A DNA stretch of 64,000 nucleotides. It comes from a virus. Numbering within the stretch: the stretch's first letter is position 1; each line of letters opens with the position of its first letter. The position numbers and the translations under genes are program-made. Of the stretch, positions 23,401 to 29,500 are shown in pieces. Below the pieces are notes generated by a model, which saw only the letters and a program-made list of their open reading frames with translations, was not told the origin of the DNA and did not search any database. The DNA lies in the IMG/VR virus record IMGVR_UViG_3300021079_000001, positions 32,001 to 96,000 of that record. The stretch is one strand, 5' to 3'.

Positions 23401-23504
23401 TACTGACCGAAGTACGTGATGAACTACGTAAGACAGAGAAACTACTAGAACCTTCGAACCTGAAGGAACAGAATAAAGCAGATGAATGGAAACCTAAGTG
23501 CTAA
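8421..23504 (+). CDS. Giant virion-packaged DNA-dependent RNA polymerase (crAss-like, fused two-barrel), polyvalent
   Basis: 5027 aa. Catalytic DFDVDK at 20349-20366, preceded by GFRIP and NDGQSY motifs. Also N-terminal Gly/Ala hydrophobic segments, coiled coil, zincin YHESFH, HPD J-domain-like insert and C-terminal NADAR. Confidence 0.88.
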   Translation: MPDNNTTIPSTDRGMNDRSLDINTSLAQTQSAFEQATQVHEMLPVVTPGLAKAQAPSGGRKRDEMYDAFKGLTDQVDNATARHPEDNSYISKVDLPKDYDRYPVYYQGLNNEDREGKRQGTLEKLGYGLARGLNSAGKVFADNTIGLVANTASWLSGGGFIDTDWNKMSKAWGDSVEKSTPLYITDAEKNKNWYDPTGWITGNHIAGLMENMGFVAGMAGSMYAFGGLGNAAEGISVGKTSLQLGEVETTLGARLSGNVAYKEGVANLAKINSVIGDVPEGSKWAAQITEEINGAKTAQDVVKVTKKWKDLAETYSTQAKLYGQGKNALITATANLGMASGMGYDANLNFTQKMYDEIRTKENREPSAEEKAKIKELAGTVGTVTTVLTTLASMVSFGGVFKGLLNKEGTEVALRESIDDIMIKGEKGQLSMKGTPHLGETVYEPYKFSPTATSKIGQFGQKAWDVTKRISGKAGTFIDPWAGAGMVEFSTISPTVENYYGKKYMTGEEDVAGAIGSTFKDMSIKDLLGTFVTGMLAPMPFEIAGKLRETKATKDNTSAAAKAFTDNYMGGYLHMLQGSISRGKVISRDIVEKERVGDKEGANNSRREQWESYLYPRIRHGQKWLVDQDIQGYREEVSTEEGIRRLQAKGEFPKGDNLLELKDNFLAHLDEMKKQADAAESYYKAITLEYGGYTDAAGKRIFNDEHVEKMMYLSGMTDYSSERIDKIAGELRTSDVLTSLYNGADKDLNKLILALSKPTIDPAVVRVKDIESSARSIADKLFKAIADKVKDNTLPIDKAKELRTKLANIIRFQADKSNYISEYKNIINNPEAHTDNIKEQLVPSSTSGTPQAAGETNVIKGPTIKLIHGNSVKDDKGKTVPSDIEVGKEYSAGMKMVPASYKGHIGSVGEFAQFTVVGEHYRKVEGQVYRAGQPDISPTPLLNPAGDPVMKGRHIDIQYKQGDSILQKAVKAEQFAQYKLVKVEDLDKNTNLSWYMRNYKKGVTFQFQHNNDLARKEGFIKYNPETKGLEFEYIGPDGKPLRRPIDAKDFKPTLDKDGNVLHEARIKSTGFSVQEILSKEEYEKMKKDQERNDPNGQKRAQALLTIVGDQWREADNKLREINENIAEHEEYLKLEKEYLDKWQESIKGEKTSSKKIQTVLGKIRVANEEYDKLQEHLESMYEQRDDLKGQLEYLQGTLRDIEDLGLGKEVMDKIQESQDSMKEMIGHNELATTALETAVGKLKDFISKLYSTIANKIKRFTREYINAPDNATRELRAIMVASKEAIEEQSYEQGGRREEDKALQMIDWFEKYPDYFKDREEIEGESSKVDLTEQEIKDLQDKIAEVQAETKNFRSQLKASEKLLSTLKEKWDAWMKEDEVNKLFKRASTSGNVANSIDSFQSRMNAGIQGSVEGTTQELQEQKHPEVTVFQTKPSVENYASTVVIHEDSAFPDSPLFTGYVGNENVYHTLTVDGEQIPWWKREASLFNKVSQGHQPEGTTGTVKAVPIHVGNQEASGYTGFLPDSYEYAGETIQNSDAKRGTLAVLYVYEDANDSNVYWTVDKEGNKLRKVDEVPTDETEKQEYYNNLTYGILRSGELEGITESAKGRDAGKKFNDVPSDPAEKARLQLIIDDFREGLMKRDNIWPVLDGNLSQGILKISKDQNGKTVIRNHSVADAGVITTEQLSIPGTLEVAVNPDAVSPKMGILSTGSRGFLGRTYINTATGSYMVNTRRIQPHEAPNLFKLIQKVAKGMYDAFNKAAGDTGKEKTALTTYTNSAEAKEIQQFLGDMLYYKAPAKGTSGERGMIYFGQHAEVNESGNQVLVRGLYIHGVDDKVNFYPIADLLTNEDARIRIEALIGGIEDGQPGLFHNVNNVTLKNPLEAWNHLTVNEDGTLSREKWSNYQHYLLSGERPDGTKRKTGIGGDIPVSTNAIKPQGIESPIVGRMFKVRHTDPAHEYKAPEKKAPEKAPVSAPPLPSLSGDVKEEPIKIQVAGKDKYVRIGGDPQELIMADVVKDGEVIPGSKVDVKVYRGADNKIVVEPIAINGERVPEDLIAIKATTNVWQDRLNANDKAPIAKQPTTSAVIKIDIAGELTDVKVQDAVQFFPTKDTVRDGETIKGVSVGVKVSRGVDGKIIVDPVSIDGESVPEDLAAIRATTNVWQSRLQDKDATAVTPTPVTSTPVSDIDAKKAEIEKRKQEELAIVPTNNNKDVSTFVSGFRNTFDKLMDKLNIDKSDKTSRAKINEVFRRYGYGTTDEIDENKANQLYKDYAKKIHPDKFQDENIKNIATEFISQLNEAKKEGNVTALNNIYRLFIEEKYNAELAALDKEEAGTTEEAKRGDIEKYKKLKVELTGQGKTFEIEVIGDKRPFLLTVDIGTGRFTLWGDKQPDGTYRTTQDLPSAEDVQKLVDKYIPKELSDALTKWSQERNSGSLETRLDRADVAEQEVLKLTKKPITTNSYVPPSAPFPDANLRTIQPGEVAVQDAAKKEQLGQFLKRALPQLTLQESDDIIRLAGRPEAWGMTKGNLITLYKSAPEVAGYHESFHPVIDLLATNREKKDMYNEFRNRKGGFYDLESSKMIRYKDATDFQINDQLSEEFGKFKVTGQLMDVAPMKKNFFQRLWNALKALFHTPTTIHDIFQAVEKGEFATRELREYKGTENLSAIRSLQEKGISMQTINTTVRGVVGMVGARLRTEPGIWQKLRKGEMTEDDLLNPIKEELIRTNWHDVVTNWEDFRKEIITVLHANGLKSTKGKLVKDGIKSSEDIKETRGEDANNKDYAVDKLMLDSKVNAAAEIRALYNFNIHAQFPQDRRHSKSNKPLQEYNPDMELPPAIRETNGMPKMVGDNKDWYLTMSALANTTGLENIKKKFRELAAQNPNLVRIYKAVFGEEGAQMTIDQIKLQNLFIKTFNKQNINDMMTVIEENGNVFGNNINKNAAARQKIGEFLSNIRGMYNPAKPSESIVAIDRYGNYTFKKGSEPKLSITTNAAQNERNALQFLKNIGFEFPESIFKRLKNQSDKEKVVGVASKIAGLLPKISTKGGVFTMESMDIQGPINELARLYVKAAGDDKSTNYSNINSESQSAYTDYNKIAEVAITINQVGHWDQLPDHYKTDPWCQESQLMSKGGLLFHEDGKKRDNMDIVPTITSGLKVGNRVVTNDRMNMGTRLVQGINMNAEGVFYNILNADAKTEWGLNIGNGKMYISPSTYRIKADRNKKVSKIFNGYLKAEIETIKDFDNRSQFSQLNKKVGDTVIGKQLRFFKDMLPEDMVKKIEDYANSDSPISTSQFVESLPGLQDAIEAHIEKLVKSQKEELIKEGVITNHESGMYNFYGLSSDHVDKELQLGKKQTEDGVTERLYSSENIDDIIRFRTLNYMIHNTELFKMVGGDPGIWTDIAKRFKLFQSVKEFTANGTNTGSLRGVQADHYNKVGEHQLLPGQAGYTDFSDTLYILTYADEKNMQSYNHEQLNKVAGSEEYSSMIINDGQSYLSPTAYRQQGIRNGTWDNIPGQEDAYQYDMAKFRQDADKRYKAGESKFEGFQYTDDAAGKSLRTADEKLVQKGDPDIYGSTYIKKPMAIGNYALTDRLTPYAIKTSSLGLTWGLVEGKMLEDKFLYMLKENIGHMGSISQLKIGGLVDPPSLYNKEGKFGLTEMDAKAHRMPISWSDWGIISETAGEHHEVSMVSQANKLITQTLFSNSTPVTFKGTPEDWSRLPENKKLENEQYRQYKEINSSLSALSKKGEEEIMHIAGLVQVAGGYKVEQLGNIVTYISGEVARREQAANIKDGLDVEYDENTETEKLLNPIESLPNFSQVKNIINSLIDKKITRRKVNGGQKIIVSVVGFENNEDGIRRDKDTGKLIADRLTFHELVENGKKVTRMQVFMPNFMKAKLEKNWAEKGITPPSKKALFKYLSSKEGNELLVGLGFRIPVEGLNFMSSFEIVPFREENIIKGIEGEMFMPSSYGDAIVVPAEMSTKDSSDFDVDKISTYLPNFYTDEKGLPRMFKFIDYDIAGDHDKELTAIWEQKKQLLPDNIEDADDLFEQVSEGVSGKTIRELSRMEKELAKKIKALDQSLEDFLKENRGKSPYDVNSKEAIENKLQMDMDGVLRHPDNFDQLVHVNSAEQMKKATKDIQKLKESQLPDDKKTQSRDKDDINYSEVLDPVYVSQQRQDMLDSKYRIGIGAQNNTGHSLAQSAKYPIVVRGTKLTEKDAELIPVGADGKLDWQIHLPHNDATKLWYDRNSNTWKDAVATLSGNKVNNQYIAELLAQYIDGAVDGPKDPWLMKVFPSQDALSTAVFLTRTGVPINDVVLLIHQPAVLKLIEERNKYQTRRNLDPNARVPRKEVVNNVRSLYPGNWMPVSGNLDRNIMKEQVALSGANKKVDNAFQQQVLTEYLKYEMYANHAFRTQIGTPYDLISSPDAATMYAQNRAYENSLQNNVISSPINIVEDSFLAARKKSLNEAVKMIGAVMESSSEAFIKQIEPIWKALTHPDVIMKNDDRIASMNKAIVKFVDFLSSRYHMPTGIPIADGIKQLMMSNAIPKLLKEAQLKHPDNKAIQALSVDIPIFSRDMKNVVMFKKPKGADADMLTQYFREFRDFGPEEKKLYDNLVILDRLQYGATDRLKAYGKFIPAEDAVIAPKAGMKMLNDIPSAVQTFIETNQFYKNGWNDEELVPSVKKFNRSKNIEGLKNRVVTLKKGSWGSTSAAVKIWEYINPDTGRKYTDREVEELALKGFKPKTVPELYRRIENSEGEPVIIKDAKGVEYYSYKQINALGDGPNLQEYYEDNRPSVRDMHFKIEEEDNNKVRSALEKDGWQMEEPVKKEVLDAMKSQQPVVPSQRITSSRVKPNEKGEYNIYAGTGENVTLSNMTNRPFTIGGSEYKSVEQYFQLQKYQIAGVIEPISEQYSAQVYKKIGEMADAIDKPNISGYEAKKLGGIRIPNSKFDEVFWDKEGKQAMKTAMKESFKQNPESLRDLLATGDAKLTHTQDKGKWGAEFPRLLTEVRDELRKTEKLLEPSNLKEQNKADEWKPKC
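14382..14912 (+). repeat. Tandem duplication of an about 80-aa beta-rich domain inside the RNAP
   Basis: IKIQVAG...VPEDLIAIKATTNVWQDRL (14382-14621) versus IKIDIAG...VPEDLAAIRATTNVWQSRL (14673-14912). Confidence 0.9.
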
Positions 23505-23507
23505 TAT

Positions 23508-23897
23508 ATGGACGGTACTAAGAACATACGAATAGAGTTCCTCGAACCCCATCAAATGAGGTATATTACCGTTGGTGACTATTTCGAAACTGATACTGAA
23601 ATCGTATTTCAGATAGTGAAACAGAATGACCCCCGTAAGAATCTACTAATAGCACTACATGAGTATATTGAGTACACACTATGCACTGATCGGGATATAA
23701 CAGAGCAGGAGATCATGGAATTTGATCTGCAATGGGAAAAGAATCACCCAACAGGGTTAGATGACGGTATAGAGCCCGGAGATGACCCCAAGGCACCATA
23801 TCGAAATGAGCACAGAATAGCAGAGAATTTCGAGAGACAACTGGCAGAGTACCTTGGAATAATATGGAAGGAATATGAAGACAACTTAATATACTAA
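23508..23897 (+). CDS. Small HExxE(+H) putative metallohydrolase
   Basis: ALHEYIE motif with distal EPGDDP.APY..EH..AE; 3 nt after the RNAP stop and 1 nt before the ATP-grasp gene. Confidence 0.55.
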   Translation: MDGTKNIRIEFLEPHQMRYITVGDYFETDTEIVFQIVKQNDPRKNLLIALHEYIEYTLCTDRDITEQEIMEFDLQWEKNHPTGLDDGIEPGDDPKAPYRNEHRIAENFERQLAEYLGIIWKEYEDNLIY

Positions 23898-23898
23898 T

Positions 23899-25185
23899 AT
23901 GGCTAATCTCAAAGACAAAACACTGTTATATGTCTGTTCGGGTGGATTTTTTGAAACTGCTCTATCTTTGGCTGACTACTATAAGGAGGTACTATACTAT
24001 GTACAGTGGACATCAGGGTTCCCGGGTATGGATAAGTGCGTGGTAGGTAGTGAATATAAGAACGGCAAGGTACTGGATACATTCGATGGTAAACCACTAC
24101 GAAGAGTGTACGACATATATAGTCATCTGGAGGAAGTTGATATCATCATGTACTCTGATGTCTATGATGGTGAACAGGCAGAGTTCTTCAGGGGTCTGGG
24201 ATATCCTGTAGTATCAGCAGGTAAAGGAGCTGAACTGGAACTGGATAGGTGGAAGTGTAAGATGGAGTTCAAGGGAGCTGGAATGGATGTTAACCCTGCT
24301 AAGAGAGTAATAGGTATAGATGCACTCCGTGAAGAACTCATGAAGGTAAAGGACAGGTATGTAAAAATTTCCAGGTTCCGGAAACAGACTGAGACATTCC
24401 ACCATAATGAGTATATACTTACTGAACCATTGTTGAGCAAGATGGAGCACGAAATGGGTCCCATGAGTAAGATCATAGAGTTCATTATCGAAGAGCCTAT
24501 AGATGCTGTAGTAGAGGAAGGTTGTGATATGTACTCAGTCTCAGGTAAGTACCCTCAGATGCTACTAGCAGGTGTAGAGATCAAGGATACTGGATATGCT
24601 GGTATGATAATGCCCTATGATAAGTTATCCAAAGGAGTTAAAGAGACTAATGCACAGATATCTGGTATTCTCAAGAAGGTAAAGTATCAAGGATTCATCA
24701 GTACAGAAGTACGTACTACTAAGAGCAAGGAGCACTACCTTATAGATATGAGTTGCAGATTGCCTCAGCCACCTTCAGCACTGTATGGAGAGATGTTCGA
24801 TAACCTAGGTGATATAGTATGGGCACTAGGACAGAGAGAGGTCATAGATGTGAAACCAAAGGCTGTATACGGGTTATATTGTACTATATATAGTGAATGG
24901 TATCAAAAAGATCATCAGGCTATTTACTTTCCAGAAAAATACCGTAATAATGTTAAATTGTCTCAACCATTGAAAATAGACGGACAATACTATTGTCTAA
25001 ATTTCAATAACCATCCAGAATGTGGGTCAATAGTTACTGTAGGTGGTTCATTTGAGGATTGTAAGAAACAGATGGAAGAAATAGCCAAAGAAGTAAAAGG
25101 GTATGGGGTATCAGTGAAGACAGATAGTATAGATACTGCTATTGAGGAATTTGCTAAAATGATGAAAGGAAATGGCACTAAATAG
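23899..25185 (+). CDS. PurD-like ATP-grasp ligase
   Basis: AELELDRWKCK (PurD AxLExSK-like), YVKIS, FIIEE.I...EEG, FISTEVR...YLIDMSCRLPQP (E-x-x-x-R ATP-grasp core); 428 aa. Confidence 0.75.
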   Translation: MANLKDKTLLYVCSGGFFETALSLADYYKEVLYYVQWTSGFPGMDKCVVGSEYKNGKVLDTFDGKPLRRVYDIYSHLEEVDIIMYSDVYDGEQAEFFRGLGYPVVSAGKGAELELDRWKCKMEFKGAGMDVNPAKRVIGIDALREELMKVKDRYVKISRFRKQTETFHHNEYILTEPLLSKMEHEMGPMSKIIEFIIEEPIDAVVEEGCDMYSVSGKYPQMLLAGVEIKDTGYAGMIMPYDKLSKGVKETNAQISGILKKVKYQGFISTEVRTTKSKEHYLIDMSCRLPQPPSALYGEMFDNLGDIVWALGQREVIDVKPKAVYGLYCTIYSEWYQKDHQAIYFPEKYRNNVKLSQPLKIDGQYYCLNFNNHPECGSIVTVGGSFEDCKKQMEEIAKEVKGYGVSVKTDSIDTAIEEFAKMMKGNGTK

Positions 25186-25552
25186 TACTACAGTCAATGC
25201 GCAGATGTTCCAGAAACAACCTAAGAAGGAGGTTATGGGTCTACGTCAACTCTCCAGGGAATTGATGATGAGTGAGTATACTGTAGCTGAATATCCCGGG
25301 TTAGTGCTAAAGTTCCTACATGGAGGTATACTACAGGTAAAAGGAAAAGAAAGTACCCCACGTATATACCGGTATACCCTAGCCCATACTGAAGGGGTAT
25401 ACAGGATGACTACAGCCCCTCATCTGCTCAATGAACCCTGTACTATGGACATGAAGATAATGAAGAACCACATGACCCTCAGTAACACAGATGGTACAGA
25501 AATAATACATCTTAACAAAATTAAAATATGTGCATACGATAACTCAAAATAG
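25172..25552 (+). CDS. Hypothetical protein (host gene of the downstream homing endonuclease insertion)
   Basis: Overlaps the ATP-grasp stop; its C-terminus AYDNSK is repeated at the end of the next gene. Confidence 0.6.
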   Translation: MALNSTTVNAQMFQKQPKKEVMGLRQLSRELMMSEYTVAEYPGLVLKFLHGGILQVKGKESTPRIYRYTLAHTEGVYRMTTAPHLLNEPCTMDMKIMKNHMTLSNTDGTEIIHLNKIKICAYDNSK

Positions 25553-26525
25553 TTCTATAAGAAAGTTATCAGGAATATATAAGATAACCAATTCTATAAC
25601 TTTAGATTCTTACATAGGAAGTAGTACTACAATAGGTATTAGATGGGCTACTCATATACGAGAGGTAAAGTCTAATACACATGATAATGCCCATCTGCAA
25701 CGAGCAGTTAATAAATATGGAGTACAGAATTTTAAATTCGAAATACTTGCTACATGCCCCAATGAGTATCTATTCAGCCTAGAACAGTGGTTCATAGATA
25801 ACTTAAATCCGAGCTATAATATTGAACGTAATGTAAAGAAGTATATTACATGGAGTAAAACAGATGTACAAAAGAAAAATAGCACAACTATTGTACCGGA
25901 TCAAATAAATAAAGTTAGATATCTAGCAAAATCAGGAAGCAGTATTAGGGAAATAAGTAAGAATGTAAACATTAGTACAAGAAGTGTGTGTGATATTATA
26001 AATGCAAAAGGCAGATTCAAAGATTATACCCCTATTATAACAGGAAAGCTAAATAAAAAACTAAGTACTGCAGATAAAGAAAGTATAATAAAACTCTATA
26101 TAAATGAGGCTCATTCATACCAATCTATTGCTGACCTATATAAAGTCTCTAAGGCTACTATATTTTATATACTAAAGGATATAGACATTACTATTAAAAT
26201 GCAAGATCATGTATCTACATTAAATACTGCTATAGATGCAGTAAGAAAACAGGAAGTTGTTAAATTACTAAAAGGAGGAAAAGGCAATCATAAAAGTAGT
26301 AGAAGAAAAAAAGTATACCTCTATTATATTAATTCATATGATTTACTTGCTACCTTTGAATCTCAAGTAGAAGCTAGTAAAGTATTAGGTATTTCATCTT
26401 CTGGTATATCGCACAATATAAAAGGGTTAACTAAATTTATGACGTTATCAGGTAAAAGTATTATACAAGGTAAGGTCCAATTCACTGATAAGATACGAGT
26501 TAAAGCATACGATAATAGCAAGTAA
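25530..26525 (+). mobile_element. Free-standing GIY-YIG homing endonuclease with HTH/NUMOD1-type DNA-binding modules
   Basis: SGIYKITN...YIGSS...RWATH...FEIL...EQWFID...YN; C-terminal FESQVEASKVLGI; A-rich composition. Confidence 0.88.
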
Positions 26526-26526
26526 C

Positions 26527-29500
26527 ATGGGAATAGCCAGAACTGAATGTGGATTAGTATTCACAACAGGTAAACAGATAACTAAGGTGTTAGCAGATAA
26601 TAGGGAGGAATCCAGGTTATTTAAGGACCTTGTGGAACGTGTTACTGATATGAAGTCAGAGGACAAGGAGAAACTCCGAGAAGGGTATAGTGAATGGAAA
26701 AAAGAAGGTAAGGTATTCGATCTGGATAATAACCGTAATCTGGCACACGCAATATGGGCACAGACATCATCAGAGAAGTTTAATGAACTCTATAAAGGGG
26801 AAAAAGATGCTAATGGAGAACCACTAGCTGACAAGGCACTGGAAGTTATACAAGGCGCAGATACTCATATGCCAGTAAAGGATAAGGCTGCAGTAGCAGG
26901 AGAACTAGTATTTCCTGTAGTAGATCGTGTAAAGGAACTGAGTGGTAAAGAGGTCAAAGTACTAGATAGAGAAGGTAATCATGCCAGAATAGAGGTACGT
27001 GGAGAAAGTAAGGAAGCACAGAGAATAATCAAGGAGATTAACAAGGAATACCCTGGAGTAGCTGCTGAAGGTAGGCCGGGTGTTATAACACTCAATATAC
27101 CAGATGTTGAAGTAACCAGAAAGTACAATCAGTATGCAGATCAATACAAAGAGTCTACAGCTGATACATTTTACCAAAAATCAAATGAGAAGACATTACC
27201 ATCAAAAGCTAATCCTGCTACAGTAGCTGAATATGAAGAGTTTTTAAAGAGAAAGGGTGTTCCTATAATTACTACAGGTATATTAGATAAAGATGGTAAA
27301 CCCATACCAGCTAAGAATGCTGTAGACCTTGCACAGAATCTTGTATATATAGTAGATGGGGAAAAACCTACAGCACTAGGAGAAGAGACATTTCACTATG
27401 GCTCTCGTATTATACAAGCTCATGATCCTAAGCTATGGAAAGAGATGATGAATCGTGTAGGGAACTATAAGCTCTACGGAGATATAGTAGACCTATACAA
27501 GAATGATAAAAAATATCAGAACCCAGATGGTAGTATCAATATCCCTAAGATGAAAGAGGAAACTATTGGTAGGTTACTGCATGAGCATTATGTACAGGAG
27601 AGAGAAGGGTTGACAGAAAAACCAGAATTATTAGAACAACTACAAGGATGGTGGAAGAAGTTTGTAGAAGGGTTGAAATCGTTTTTTTCAGGTACAGGAT
27701 ATGACCCATTCAGAAAAGCGGCTAAACAGTTTGCAAGAGATAGAGGTGCATTCAAAACAGATAGAAAAATACATGAAGCTGTACACAAGCTAACAGATCA
27801 ATCAGAGAAAGAGTCATATAGTAACTTCAAAGACAGGACAATATCCAGTCTAAAAGACATAGCATCTAAAGTAAAAGATAAGACAGTCGTAGTAACACAT
27901 GGTACTGTATTGGATATGGCTAGGTCATGGAAAGAAAACATGTATAACGATAATATATCTGAAGATAGTTATAACAAGAAAGAAACAGAGAATGGTCATG
28001 TATTAGAACTTCAAGTAGGTGATAAGACTTTGTATTTGGTAAGACATGGTGAATCTACTGCTAATGTATTGGAAGAACCCTCAACTGATGAAACGCCTTT
28101 AACTGGTAAAGGACAGGAAGATGCAGTAATGGCTGCACAAGAATTAAAAGAAAAAGGTGTAACAGAAGTACTTAATACAGATACAGAAAGAACAGATCAT
28201 ACAGCAGCTATTATTAGAAAAGAATTGCAAGGTGAAGACACCTTCTTACAGAAGAAAGAAGAGACAGGTGAAGAAAAAAGAGACAACGCTTTCGATAAAA
28301 TAACTGAAGTAGGTAGTAAAGTGGTAAGACCTACTGAGCCAGGTAAAAAATACACATATGCTGGTGCTGAAGTTCCTACCAGGGTACATGATAAAATAGC
28401 TGCTGAACAAAAGAAGAAAATGGGGAAAATGACATTCTCCAGTAAAGAAGAAGAAGAGAAGTATACTAAACATACAGAAAAGGCTATTCAATTAGGTACA
28501 GATATATCTTCAGATCTTGATCAAATTGTGTCTGAAGTAGTAGATAAGAGTACTGGTTTAAAAAGAGACAGAATAGAAGAAGATCATGGTTATATACCAA
28601 TAACAGATAAATATCAATCAGATATGGATAAAGCTGTAAATGGTTCTATCTATGATAATCTAAAATTGATGATAAGGGGATGGGATGAACCTAATAAAGC
28701 AGATATTCATAACCCTATACATCATAATGGTATACTAGACTTATATCCTGAAGGTACTAAGTTTATCTGGGATGTATCTTTATATGATCCTAATGCAGCA
28801 TTCCAAGGAAAGAGTGGTATGGCCGGTACACCTGACTTTATAGCTATTACTCCAGATGGTATTGCACATCTACATGACTGGAAATCAGTTGGTCGTACAG
28901 GAGAAATAAAAGGGTATACTAAAGAAGCCTACAACCTACAGATGAAAGCATATGCTAAGATGTTGAAAGATGCATATGGAGTGGAGGTACAGACAGCTCG
29001 TATGGATATTATGGGTGTTAAATGGGGAGAAGGTGATAGTGTAAAAGGTGTAAATATACACGGTATAGATCTTTCTATGTCAGCTGGTGAACTGTATAGA
29101 CCTTATCTGACTGATATACATAAAACAGGAGATAAGGTGATAGATGACTATGCAGATCGTCTTATAGGAATGCTCAATGCCTTACAGGCTAAGGATATGT
29201 CAGATGCAGAAAGGGTAACAAGAAGTAGAAGAGCTGCTGATTTAGAAAAAGCAATACTCAGATTACGTCTTGAAAAGTCATTTGCTCCTATTATGGAACA
29301 AGGTGATCAGTTTATTAAGTATGCTGATAGGGAACAAGCCAGAATAGCATCAAGTAACGTGGACTTCTCTAATATGGATATGAAGGAGTTCAGTAAAGAA
29401 GCTGGTAATCTTATTGTTCTAAAAGACAATCTGCAGATATATAAAGACCTTAGTAAGTTTAAAGGGTATATGCAAGATGCTGATAAACTACAGGCATTAG

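Noticed and set aside
23899-25185. Calling the ATP-grasp gene purD
   Set aside because: Only fold-level similarity; it lacks the PurD N-terminal GSGGREHA motif and any purine-pathway context.
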